DNA from: Cystobasidiomycetes sp. EMM_F5
Taxonomy: Eukaryota
Length of the DNA: 64,000 nucleotides
Assembly: GCA_051047955.1 (NCBI GenBank)
Contig: JBPGPT010000018.1
Location: 248,001 to 312,000 of the forward strand
Reading direction: 5' to 3'
Position numbers and translations under genes: made by a program. The notes beneath the pieces are model-generated. The model had not been told where the DNA came from. It saw only the letters and a program-made list of their open reading frames with translations, and searched no databases. Below are positions 13,301-25,388 of the stretch, piece after piece (the stretch's first letter is position 1; each line of letters begins with the position of its first letter).

Positions 13301-13832
13301 CAATGGCAATGGGCCTCTGTTGACTGCCAGCGGCAGGCGGAGAGGTGTCGCGACTGTTGCCAGCCTTCTTTACATCATCCTTCTTCTCGTCAATCTCTAC
13401 TTTAGTCGCAGTTGCGTTGTTAACCTTTCTTGAGGCTTTCTGTTTGGATGCGGGACGGTTCTGTTGGATCGTTTGGCTCGCAGGTTTCGTAATCCTGGCT
13501 GGTTTCCTGGCTTTACTAGCAGGCTTCTTGGCTATCTTCACAGCAGTAATCTTGACGTCGTCGAGGCTATTCCCATCGTCGTCGTTATCGAGTTTCACAA
13601 CATGACGGGCTCGGGCTGTTTTGGCTGGTTTCGCTTCGGATTGAGCCAGCTTCTCGTCGTCAGACGTCGTCGGAGTGCGTTCTCTCGTCACTGCCCTGCT
13701 CCTGCGTACAGAGGTTGCCCGAGTCTTGTCCCCGCCAGCTGTTCCACGTCGCCCATGCTGTTTTGCGTTGTCGCTGTTTTCCTCTGCCTCGTCGCTTAGC
13801 TCAATGACCACTTTGCCAGTCCATCGTGCCAT
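10373..13832 (-). CDS. DUF4211/CCDC82-like protein with a long Lys/Ser/Asp-rich disordered N-terminus, multi-exon
   Basis: Co-oriented ORFs 12828-13955, 11702-12616, 11217-11522, 10971-11216 and 10373-10618 are separated by intron-sized gaps. The C-terminal part has DFIEPDD, SSIASSIWNAKFRTALDERP, CQGCN and FDLGRFCARRCELHHAL. Confidence 0.75.
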
Positions 13833-13944
13833 GATTGCACTTGCTTCAACAGCATTAGCATATCCAAGCAGTTGGTCGAATATTGAAATGCGGCAGTTTG
13901 GATAATTGTTTGACTCTGCCTTTGACCGATTTCTAAGGTGTCCC

Positions 13945-15061
13945 ATGCCAGACAATGCTCGACTGACTCTGACATGCTATGCCATCAACATTAAAGACTG
14001 GAATCCTGACGAGAAGGTTGGCTTTCTCTGACGTATTGACCGAATCCGAGCAGTTTAGATAACTTTTGCACATTTATGCCCGTTCCCACTCATCTCGACC
14101 TCACTGCGTCTTCAGCTGTACGATAAACTGATTTCCCTCCTAGAAGCGCGCGCGCAGCAGCGTGTCCGGGCTTTCAAGCTTCGGAGAGATGCCTTATGTG
14201 ATTGAGCAACCGCCGCGGTCGGACTGGCCGTTGCAAAGCGAAAAATGCTGATACAACCATATCTAAAGGCTCTTTGGTTGGCCGGCTAGTGCCGAAATGG
14301 CATCTTTGCTCGACAAGGACGGGGTGTATATGGGGCAATCTCGTCACTGAACGGACGCATAAAGGACGGCCGTATTTGGTACGCACCTTGCTGCGAGAGA
14401 CAGTGGCCGGTACTAAAATTCAATGCGTGTCTGCATTGTCTGGGGTTGTCCGTTTTACGCTCAGACCGTATCAGAAGGACAACCGCTCAATTTCGATTAC
14501 AACGACACGCATGACGAAGACTGCGTTGCTGTCGCTGCTTCAGACCTAGCAGACGGTCATTTGAATTACAAGGTCGGCGTGGACGTCATGCGCATCGGTC
14601 TGCCGCAAGGTATGCCGACTCTGGGCGATTTCAAAGAGACCCTCGAAGACATGGCAAGGACTTTCAATCAATGTATACAAACCACAGCTGACAATATGGT
14701 CTCCCAGACTTCGGCTGCAGAATGGCACGGCTTGACACTTCTAGCCGGCGAGGACCTTCTCGGAGCTCTCCTCTTACTATGGACTGCCAAAGAAGCGGCA
14801 TCGAAAGCGATGGGCGAAGGACTCGGCTATCCATACAAATTGATCGATGCAGCTCCTTTGCTTGCTACCAGTCACGCATGGATCAACGTGGACAAACAAT
14901 TGTGTACGATTCAGCACCTGCGGATAGGAGCACCGGGGCAAGACCAGTACCTTATTGCGGTGGCCGTCCTTGATACCACAAGGCATGACTTGCACATCAA
15001 GCTTGAGGAAATCGGTATCGATACGTTGGTGGCGGAAGTACTTCAATTGATACCGAATTGA
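13945..15061 (+). CDS. LYS5: Sfp/Lys5-type 4'-phosphopantetheinyl transferase, multi-exon
   Basis: QQRVRAFKLRRDA, SLVGRL, THKGRPYL, FDYNDTHD (FNxSH equivalent), VGVDVM and LWTAKEAASKAMGEGL (WxxKEAxxK motif). Confidence 0.88.
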
Positions 15062-15198
15062 CACAAGAACGGGTGCAATAAGCTACCATGCAGGCGGTTT
15101 GTGCTGCCTCAAGACCCCTTCACGCGTGTTACAACAACAGTAATACTAGGCGATGCATGCCACAGGGGTCATTCAATTCACGGCGATCGCTCTCTTTG

Positions 15199-18033
15199 TC
15201 AATAATCGTCATCATCATTGCCGCGCTTTCCTCGGCTGGACCTCGCCAGAATATGTTGCTCCTGAGCGTGCGGAACATCAGTCGTACTCTTTCGCCACGC
15301 GGTCGTCTAGCGGAACTCACCCCATCTTCTTCATCGTCATCAAGCGATGCGCTGCCGAATGCTCCATCGAGACCTGCATAAGGGTCGTGGGCATCGCGGT
15401 TGGCGTGACTAGCGTATACCGGCGAGCGGTCTTCCTCCAGATCGCCCAGTAAGTCGTTGCCTCGGCTAGCGAAGGTTCCCATCGCATTATATGCCGACAG
15501 CGATGCAGTCGTGTCTGTCCTTTTAGGTGGTAAAGGAGGGCGTGTGCCGTTTGTGGCAGTCGAGACGCTGAGTAGAGGAGCGTCATCGTCTCCTCGTCTC
15601 TGGCGTAAGGCTGAAGATTGTGGGATTGGCGCTGGATCTGCAGCCTTCATAGAGGATCTGGCGGCAGCGTTCATGGCCGACGAGTCGTGCAAGCGCTTTG
15701 CAACCGCTCCGCGAATGAACTGCACATGTTATCGTTAGGAGGCATCGCTGTGATTGAAGAGGAGATGTGCACCTACAGTCTCTGGCAATTGGTGATAAAC
15801 GGAGGCCAAAGAGCCAGTATTCAGCAATAATCGATCCAAGACAGATCGCTCCATGGCTTCAGCTTCTGTATTTATGGATGGCTTTTCTGACAGGACGATA
15901 TCCTTCGCTGCCACGGGGTCGGTGGACAATAGTCTCCAGTAAATGTAGCCTCGATCTCTCAGATCTGGGTTATCTACTTCCTCTGTCGCCCATTTCAGCA
16001 CTTTCGGAACCAGTTCTTGGCCAGCTGTCGGGCGCTTGATGAAGAGTTTGACAGTTGCGGTGAGAAGCGCGAGCTGCACTTCGACAGATTCATCCAAGAA
16101 GCTGTTCAAGAAATCTTCCAGCAATTCGTCGGAATTTTCTATCCTATCGGCGTATTGTCCGATAATCCAGATCATAGCTGCTTTGGCTTCCGGAGTATCA
16201 AAGGCCTCGAGATGCTCGCACAGCGTCGCGATGATACCTTCGTATTGGTTTGGATATTTCCTGAATACATCCTTGATGACCACGACAGCTTCTTGCACAA
16301 CGTAGCTGATCCTGGTGGAGACGAGCTCAAGCAAGACGCCGATGCACTTGTCGGCTGCCGAATTAATCTTTATTGCAAGTCGACCGATCGCTCGAACGGC
16401 TTTGCGAACAAAGTCAACATCCACTTCCGTAGCGTATTCTTGCAGTTCAGCCAAAACTTGGGGGTAATTATGCCGGTCGACGAGGCGGTATATGATCTCG
16501 AGCTTGGAGAGCTTGACGTATATAGGATCGTTGTATTTGCAAAAGAAGACTTTGACGTCGTTTTGCAGTACCGTCGGACGGCGCTGTATTATGAGAAGAA
16601 TGTTGCGGAGAGCTACGTATTGGACCTCGTAGCCGGATGAGAGTAATGTCACTGCTATCCCGTCAGCTAAAACATGTGCGTGATTTATTGACACGTACCT
16701 AACGGAGGACTCAGCTTGCGACAAAGACCCTCTATGCGATTCTCGTCCTGTATGTAATTCATCAGGTGCAGGATGACCTTGATCGTGGTCAAAACGACCG
16801 CGGAGTTAGCATGCTGAAGCCGTATAGCTATCCGCTCTGCAAGTATCTCGGCATCTTCAGACTCTTGCGGCGTAAAGTACATTAGTGCCTCTAGTATATA
16901 TGTTTGTCCCCACCTGACGTGATAAATTAGAATAGACAATATCTAGGTTGGCCTTGTGCTTACTCGGAGCATTCCCCCATAGCACTGACTAGCTTGCTTG
17001 ATATGCTCGCATTCAGTCGCAGTTGTATACTGTCGCTCCTTTCCCCAATCTCGACAAGAGCTGCAACGGCGTTTGCAATGACGGTAGGGTTCGCATCGGC
17101 AAGTAAATCTCGCAGGTCATTCATGAAACCCTCTTTGTCTACAAGACGTTTGTCGATCATGAAGAGCTTCCCAACGCAGATTGCGGCAGTCTTGCGGACA
17201 TACGGGTCGCTATCTTTGAGGGCGTGCCGTAGTGGGTCGACCAAAGCTGACATGACCTGCAGAGAGACACTCTGAGGATGTTGTGCGGATAATGCGATGC
17301 AGACGTACGGTTGGGACTTGTATGTATGACATTGTCCGTATCGCTAGAGCTCTGATTAAAGGATTGCGGTCGTTCGAGTCCTACAGCTGATGGATCAGTG
17401 AAGGCAAGCGTGCGAGATTGTGGAACAGACGGACGGACAAAAACCCTTCCATTGCATGTTTCATCATGTCGGGCTTTGAGCGGGCGTAGTTGACTGGCAT
17501 AGTTGTTAGTGTCTCGCTGCAGGAGAAGATGCACTGCAAGTGCTTACCTAGGTACAGATAGACCTCGAATTGATGTCAGCTGTGTATGTACAGGATGTGA
17601 GCGCACTTCGTACCATCTTTTTGATATCGAGAGCTTGGATGTTCATGCACGCTACAACTTCACTGAAGAGGGGACTCATATCGATGCCCATGGTCATGTT
17701 TGCGCTGGAGGAGTGTAAGAAAGCTGGTGTGCTATTCGCGCGTGCCTGCTCATTGCTTACACGACTTTCTTGAGAACACCCTGCAAAGACGACATGCGTT
17801 CGCAACGACGCACCGTCAATCAGGACTGGCTGAAACCTGGCAGAGTCTATGTACCCACCTTGGTCTTTACAAAGCCCTTGTCCTTTCTGTCGCCGGCGCT
17901 CTGCAGCTCCACGCGCAATGCATCGACCTTGCCCTGCATTCGATCCAAAGACCGTCAGCTGTTTGCAGCCAATAGATGGCAAGGCCAGGCTTTGTTCTCG
18001 ACTGACTCTTGCAAAGAACTTGCTGTCCGACAT
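15199..18033 (-). CDS. APL1: Adaptor protein complex beta subunit, AP-2 type, many exons
   Basis: [73 protein letters not shown] and [17 protein letters not shown] last intron (GTGAGT...CTCAG, ~15320-15262) gives the C-terminus ...[10 protein letters not shown]-2 rather than AP-1 is inferred from the N-terminus. Confidence 0.88.
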
Positions 18034-18686
18034 GGCATGCAGCCTCGAGGCCGCCCGTCAGGCTGACCAGTCAGGATTCTGCAGCACGGGCGACAGTTTG
18101 GTCAGAGGTCAATCAACGAAAGACCTGCTTGCAAGGGTTTTCCAACGCGGACTGCAGCTGTATTGGCTGGCAGAACATTAACAACATTCCCAATACGTGC
18201 AGTGTTAATTTAAAACTGATTACAAGTATGCTGCACATTGGGTTCGCTCAAGAGGCGCCGGTGACGCGCGTTGCAGCTGATATCCTAATACACACACACC
18301 AAAAGCTTTGCGAATACGTCCAACAACGATTCATGTGTTAAGATGAAGCCTTTCAACGATGATGTCCGCTTAAAACCGGTGACGCGTTACGTAGCTGGCT
18401 GCATTTGAATTCGGTATGACGAGGTTGTCTGCGGGATAAGTAGAGATACTGAACGAACGTATGGCAACGTCCGATAGCTAATGAAGACTGCCTAGATGTA
18501 GCTCTGAGGTTGCTTCGCAAGGCGGGCATATCGGCGTACATATGCCCGAGACTATCGTACCTGGAAGCATTCTCCCAATAAGGCCGCGAGCGGGACGTTT
18601 ACCGCATCATCGAAATTACTAACGATGCCTCTTTCCTGGTCATACTGATATCGTCTGCCGAAGCAGGTCAGAGCAGGCTGCCAAAG

Positions 18687-20325
18687 ATGTCTGCCGCGTA
18701 CTCGAAGATTGGCGATGATCTTCCTCTATCCGAGAGAGAGCTCGAGTATGCCAAGACGGAGCACCCGACGTTGTAACGGACACGAGGTCTGACGCACAAC
18801 TGTGCTATGTTACAGAGACACAAATGGACACTCGCGCACGCTGGCCGACAAGCTCATCTACGTCTGGCGCACACGGAAGCTCCTAGTGTGCCTAGCCGGC
18901 ATCGCTCTGGCCGGGACAATCTTCTCTTTGCTGGCCGACCAGAAGAGCTTCGGTCTCAGAAGTACATCGATATCACACCGTCTTCAATCTCGCGTAACTA
19001 ACATATTGTTAATAATTTCCCAGAACATCTCACTCCTTGCGACGATCCAAATTCGCCAGAATGCCTCAAGGTCAGATATGGACCGTCAACTCCACTGGCG
19101 CTGTCGGTCAAGAACAGTGAAGATATGTTTTCACGCCATCTTGCCAAACGCAACGCCTTCATTGAGAAGCACGGAGGCGTGGGCTCAATGGCCTCCTTCA
19201 CTCAAGATCGTAGTGCGGAGCGTGTGCAGCGATGGACTCTGTGGTGCGGATTGACGATTTCCGTTATGATTGATCGCACTTCGCTGAGGTGTCAAGTGCA
19301 GGGACGTTTTCGTACCAAGCTGGAACTGTCCGTTCGAGACCGAGCGGATAGGGGATCTCGCTGACGGCGGCAAGGCGAGTCACCGCGGCAAAGCTGCCAA
19401 ATATCGCAATCTGACGAGATCCTTCCTTGCAGTACGTTTGCGGATTGTCTCGGATACAAGAGACCCGTGGGAAGAGGTGTGTAGTGTATTCTTTTGGAGT
19501 AGAGCGGGAAAGCAGCTGGGAAGCAGAGATACTGGAACGGACAGACTGCGAGATCTTTATGTTTGATTTCTCAGTGGACCAGGTCAGCGATATGTGACGC
19601 TTGTTCCTCACTGGCTTACGTCATGTTTATCTCAGTTTGGTCCGCAACTACAGACAATGGATCCTGCGATCAGCCGACGAGCCCACTTTTTCAAATACGG
19701 CATCGGCGAGAGGGACGAAGTTATCGATGGCAATGAGTTCTATACGCTGAGCACACTTATGAGCATGTTGGGTCACGACTGGATCGACATGCGTATGTAG
19801 GCAATGGCCTCCGCTTGCTTCGTTGTTACTGATGCTGCAACTGCGCACAGTCAAAGTCGATGTCGAGGGCGCCGAATTCAAGTGGGTCTATGCAGTAGTG
19901 TTCGAAAAGACGGAGCTTACGGCTATTTCGATGCCTTTGCAGAATCCTGCCTGGCATAGTCAATGAATTTGGAGACGGAAACCTGCCATGTAATTAAGAA
20001 AAAATGGCTGACTTACGCCGTATCACTGATGCATTACCGTGCAGTCGGACAGCTTATGCTCGAGATACATACATATGCACTCGAACGGCGCAACAACTTT
20101 GAGGATTTTGCTGCTTGGTGGAGACAGTTGGAAGCCGCTGGACTTCGTGCGTACAGCTCGGAACTGAACTATCCCAGTTATGCCTGGTTGGAAGAGCCTA
20201 TGGCTATCGAGATGAATTGGATCAACAACTGCCTAGGCGAAAAGGCATGCGGTACTTTGGTGCGGGATGTGCCGGATCGTGCAGTGGACGGGCTCGGTCC
20301 GCCAAGGTCAGCGAGATCATATTGA
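18687..20325 (+). CDS. Methyltransf_22/METTL24-like (FkbM-related) membrane-anchored methyltransferase, multi-exon
   Basis: N-terminal TM segment LLVCLAGIALAGTIFSLLA, then FVPSWNCPFETERIGDLADGGK|YVCGL, CVVYSFGVERESSWE, LGHDWIDMLKVDVEGAEF and GQLMLEIH. Confidence 0.85.
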
Positions 20326-20513
20326 AGGCGTCAAAACACATCTGGAAGGGTAGTTTGTAAGACCAAGTAACGTCGCCGTCTCAGGACTCGGTGCAAAGTT
20401 GTCTTTAGCATGTTTTGTAGCAGACCGCGTCTTTTGTATACCCAAACAGCATTCAGCAGGTCGCCAAAGCGGATATGACCAAGTATGCCGCAACGCGGAT
20501 TGAAGAATGAAGA

Positions 20514-23002
20514 ATGAGCTCGCAATATGGAAGGACTGACGACGTCAATCACGACGAGTCTGAAGCGCTGCTGCTGCGACGCCGCGATAGCCTGGACGAG
20601 CTGCCGTCGCCGTCAGTGACCAAAGTGCAGCAGCTTGGACGCCAGAGCGACTACTTCTGGCCAGCTGGCATCGCGTCCTTGACCGTGCAGACCACTGATG
20701 CTGCTGCCGTCAAGCCTGAGGCAGCGCGGTTGCTGTCTAATGGATCCTCGAATATCCCGCCCAGACCACCTCGAGAAAGTCGCAAAGCCCAGCCGTCGAG
20801 ATGGGCTACCCGCGAGTTCTTCGTCTACTATGCAGTGGTCATCGTGTCCCTGCTGGCTATGGCCTACGCGCCAGTCAGGCTGAGCAGAGGTAATTCCCTG
20901 ACAAAGTCCTGTTTACGCCTCGCTCGCTGATCGCGTACATTGCCCGCAGAGTCGCATCCAAACTACCACGTATACGAGGGCAGCCTGTCAGACGGCTGGA
21001 TACCAGGTCGCAAGGTTGTCAGTGCTGATTCCCTTTCTCCGCGTTGTTGCAGCCATTAATGTCTGTTTGTCAAATGATCAGGACAACTCTGACTCTCAGG
21101 TCCGGCAGTTTAGACATGGCTTGCCATCCCTCGCTGCGCTTGCTGGCGCGTGGTTGGTTTTCTCAAAGCTATGGTCTCAATATCAGACACGTCGTCAATC
21201 CAAGTCGTACCCTCCTCCCGCTTCTCCAAATCCACTTTCCCCATACCAAAGAGTGCCTTTTCTTCTATACGGTGGCCTAGCTGTTCTCATCCTGCTACAT
21301 GGCGTGTCGGCGTTCAAGATCTTACTAATCTTGGCGATAAATTACCAAATTACCAAAGTAACTGGCTCGATGCCGGTAGCTCCGCTCGCCATCTGGGCCT
21401 TTAACATAGCAGTGCTGTTCGCGAACAAGGTCTTCGAGGGCTACAACTTCGGAAGTATCCTGCCATTCCTGGCCTTCCTTGTTAGCGGCTCCCCCCTAAC
21501 GTCGAGGTGCCGCAGATATTGACGTTTGGCGACAGGATCAGTCGCAACTGTCGGGACTCGTTCCTCGCTGGCACATCATCTATAATATATCCATGCTTCG
21601 TATCGTGTCATTTAGTATGGACTGGTACTGGGCGCGTAAGCAAGGTTTAGGACAGGTAGGCTGTCACGCCTGTCCGCCTCGTTGTTGCACAAAGAGCTAA
21701 GAGTCCATCTGCAGCCACACTCGCGTTCTTCTGCGAGCTTGCCTGATTACTCCTGGCACAACTACTTCGCATACGTCTTGTATCCCCCGTTGTATATTGC
21801 GGGACCTATCATCACTTTCGACGCCTTCATGCATCAGGTCAGTTGATTTCGATAACTTCTGCACTGTAGTAGAAACTAACGTAAAGTCTACAGGTGAAAC
21901 AAAAACAGGCAACAAATTGGCGAGCGGTTTTGGCGTATGCTGTACGTTTTGCTGGCTGCCTCTTGACCATGGAGGTCATTTTGCACTACATGTATGTGGT
22001 GGCAATCAAAGACTCCTCTTACATGACAGAGAGGCACGGACGCACCGTCTGGATAGCAGCTTGGAACGGCGATACGCCCTTTGAACTTGCTATGATCAGT
22101 TTTTGGAATCTCATCATCGTCTGGCTAAAGGTATGGAATGTCATTTCGCTTACAAGTCACTTTGAGCTCAATCAACAGCAGTTGCTTCTGCCATGGAGAT
22201 TCTTCCGGCTGTGGTCAATGATGGATGGCATAGATCCACCGGAAAACATGATTAGATGCGTCCTGAACAACTACTCGACCCGGGGGTTTTGGCGAAGCTG
22301 GCATAGATCGTATAACTTATGGCTGTTACGGTAAGCAGCAAATGTACCAAGGCTCGTGCAAGTGACTAACAGCATCTTTCAGTTACGTATACTTCCCCAT
22401 CGGATCCGCGCTGAATACTCTGGTAGCTCTTTTCGTCGTATTCACCTTCGTAGCGTTGTGGCATGATCTTTCACTCCAGCTCTTAGCTTGGGGTTGGGTC
22501 ATTACGCTTTTTGTCCTGCCGGAATACATCGCCATGCGAGCTCTACCGGAAAAGAAGTATGGCGCAAGACCGTGGTACATTCACGCATGTGCTCTGGGAG
22601 GCGTAGTGAACATCATCATGATGATCACTGGCAACACGATCGGATTCGTCTTAGGAGTCGATCATACAGTGGTCTTTCTCAAATCTGTGTTCGTGACAGT
22701 AGACGGTAGGCTTTCTTTTGCAATGCACATAGCCTCCGCAATATTGTTGATCCGCTTGATAGGATTCACGTTCCTCCTGTTGACCTGTGTGGCTCTGTTC
22801 TCCGCAACGCACATCATGATGGAGTATAGGTGATTGCTGACAACTAGATCAGGATGGCGTAAATGACACTGACAACTCTTTCTGCGGACTTGATAACGCT
22901 GCTCTTACTTGACTACGTCACTGCTACTGCTGCTACCGATGCCATCTCGACAATACCTGTAGAGAGGAAGAACTGCGAAGGGGGATCAACCGCAAATGCT
23001 GA
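20514..23002 (+). CDS. GUP1: MBOAT-family O-acyltransferase Gup1 (GPI-anchor lipid remodelling), multi-exon
   Basis: LSDGWIPGRKV|DNSDSQ, YPPLYIAGPIITF, WLK|LLLPWRFFRLW..DGIDPPENMIRC..NNYS..GFWRSWHRSYNLW, the catalytic His in FVALWHD, and the end MEYR|EEELRRGINRKC*. Confidence 0.94.
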
Positions 23003-23026
23003 GTATACAAAACTGGCATTACAACC

Positions 23027-25176
23027 TCAACTATTCCCTTCATTAGTCCCGAACTCCGCAGCGGCATTCGAGCTTGTATCAACTAGGGGTAACGGGGCTG
23101 ACACTTTCTCCGATCCACCATCGGCCGCACTTGCTACAGAGCTTTTCGGCTCTCGCAAATCGACGAGAAGCCATGTGCGTGTCAAGAGATTGAACATGCT
23201 GCCAAAGAAGAGCGCAATCACTGTACCTGTGCAACACGTTGCGGGTCAGCCCAAAGAGATGTGGCGTGGTCGGCCAGTACGTACTAGTTAATATGATGAC
23301 GTTATACGGCATGGAGAAGTCGGGAGTAGGCATATCTAGTAGTGTGGATGTCGTATAGATGCGTCGGCCTCTCCCTCCTGCCGTGGGCGCAACATACATT
23401 ACGCCTGAGGGTACGTCAAACCCTCTCATTGAGTCTGGCGGGTATTCTGTATACCACAGATATGCCCGCTCGATGTCGAGGACAACGCGAACCACGGACA
23501 ACGGCGGCAATGTCATCTTCGCCTCGATGACTGTTGGGCGACCTCGGAGCTGCGCTGGCGTGTATCGTAGTTGACTTATCACGGCGTCTTGAGAAAGGTC
23601 TGATATCAGTCAAATGCATATGCGAATTCCTGGCCATCCTCACCTTGCGCGACGAGCTTCTTGCCGATCTGTACCTTCATGGTGTGCGTATAGACTTTGA
23701 TCCACCATGGCCATTCTTCCAGCCAAGTGACGTGTGCGTCTTCGGGCTGGTTGTTCGTAATCTCTACGCCCAGCTGTCCTCGTTCGAGCCCGTAGCCACT
23801 GTTGATGCGCTCGACAGTGATGTTTGCGGGGATGTATGAGCGCGCTGCATCGCACAATCAGATGCTTAGATGCTGTAATGATAATGCGCACAGACACCGA
23901 GACTTACGGTACTCGAATCCTTCTGGAGTCATGACTGGCCAAGTCATTGATAAGCTAAGGGGCAGCGAAGCTGTACGCTCAAGGCGGATCAGCAAGTATC
24001 AGACACGCTTTTTGAAACAACTGACTAGTTGCTTGATCGAAGTGAGCGACTCTACGTTTAGCAGAATTGATATCTGGTTGCGGGTCAATAACGAAGCCGG
24101 AATTTTCGTCCTCCTGGGCCAGGTCGATCATCAAGGAACTGCTCGAAGCGATTGGGCAGGTCAAGTTGACTGTACGCCCGAACAGACTGGAGAGAGACCA
24201 TTCTGATGAAGAATGCCACGGTCAGTCAGCGGTAACATAGTTTGTGATCAAATATACCTCTTCGTGGCTGACTGCCCGCAACAAGCGTCATCCATACCGG
24301 ATCTTGAACGAGTTCGAATTCAAGTTGGACATGTAAGAGGTCGGTATCGGTATTGCGAGTGACGTGTATTCCGAGTCTCTGCCAAGAAGCCTCAAACAGC
24401 TTGTGTGGATTGAGCAGTTGTGCGAGGCCCGCAACGCCTCTGCAGGGTAGTTGTCGTAGAAACGGTGTCAGGTTTTCGGTACAAGGGTGTTCTAAAGGGA
24501 GCAGGCCATGGAAGAAGGATTGACCGTGAGATTGGGGGTTGGTGGGGAAGAAGGTGTCGACAGGGTATGTTGTCATTTTGTGGTCGAGCTTGTTTAGGCT
24601 CGAACAAAACAAGCCGCCCAGAGTGTTTGTCAGGCCAATCCACTTTTTCTGCACGTTGCTGTATTGACGTGGAGACAAGGTCAGCTTCTTTGACGTTGCG
24701 TTGCAAATATTGGCCCCACATTGCGTCGTCGCCATCTATCCACGCATAAATCTCCCCTCCGCTCGGCGCACCGTCGCCTATCGGATCCTGCCATCGAGAG
24801 TAGTCCCATCTCCCGCTAGTCAGGCTCAGATGAAACTCGTCTACGTCCCATGCGCGTACTATCGCTACGAGCGAGCGGGGCAGTAATGAAGTCTGATAGA
24901 CTGGATGCCGTCAATTACACCGTCAGCTCGGAACAATATGGCGCAAGTGCACCACCCACGCGTCACGGTGTCTGAAGTATTGTGACCCTCCCAGCCGTCG
25001 TCGCCAGCTGCGATATCAAACTCAAATCTCGACATGACCTTTCCATCCGGCAATGGACGCATGACGAGCGACTCGCGATACTCGTCGGCATGGCTCTCTG
25101 ACGCGCAGCACAATAGCGAGAACAGGCAGACGAGCGATACCAGAGCATAGCTGGGCCTGCATGGCGGCCGCGACAT
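23027..25176 (-). CDS. GPI16: GPI transamidase subunit PIG-T/Gpi16, multi-exon
   Basis: Signal peptide, then EYRESLVMRPLPDGKVMSRFEF, WIGLTNTLGGLFCSSLN, LPLEHPCTENLTPFLRQLPC, YTEYPPD..RGFDVP and LLDMPTPDFSMPYNVIILTST|..ALFFGSMFNLLTR. Confidence 0.94.
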
Positions 25177-25388
25177 GGTGAATGGGCAGAGAGCCATACG
25201 TGACCGGTGCACTTTTAGGCGGCCAGGCTGAATCCGAACCTGACAAGATGCGTTCATCTTTTCGTACTTCTGACCATCTATACGTTCAGGAAAGCTCTCC
25301 CTTCTCCTTTGAAGGTTCCTCCAATACCTCTAGCTTTCTCCTTTGTTTTGATTTGAACGGGAACACCAGGCTATTCCTGTTCTTTACC

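Noticed and set aside
1..15061. Secondary-metabolite cluster suggested by FPP synthase plus PPTase
   Set aside because: Both are housekeeping genes, they are separated by SPT6 and others, and the window has no PKS, NRPS or terpene cyclase.
18355..18510. Possible C/D-box snoRNA in the APL1-methyltransferase intergenic region
   Set aside because: The C boxes are imperfect, there is no clear terminal stem, and I could not confirm any rRNA-complementary guide.
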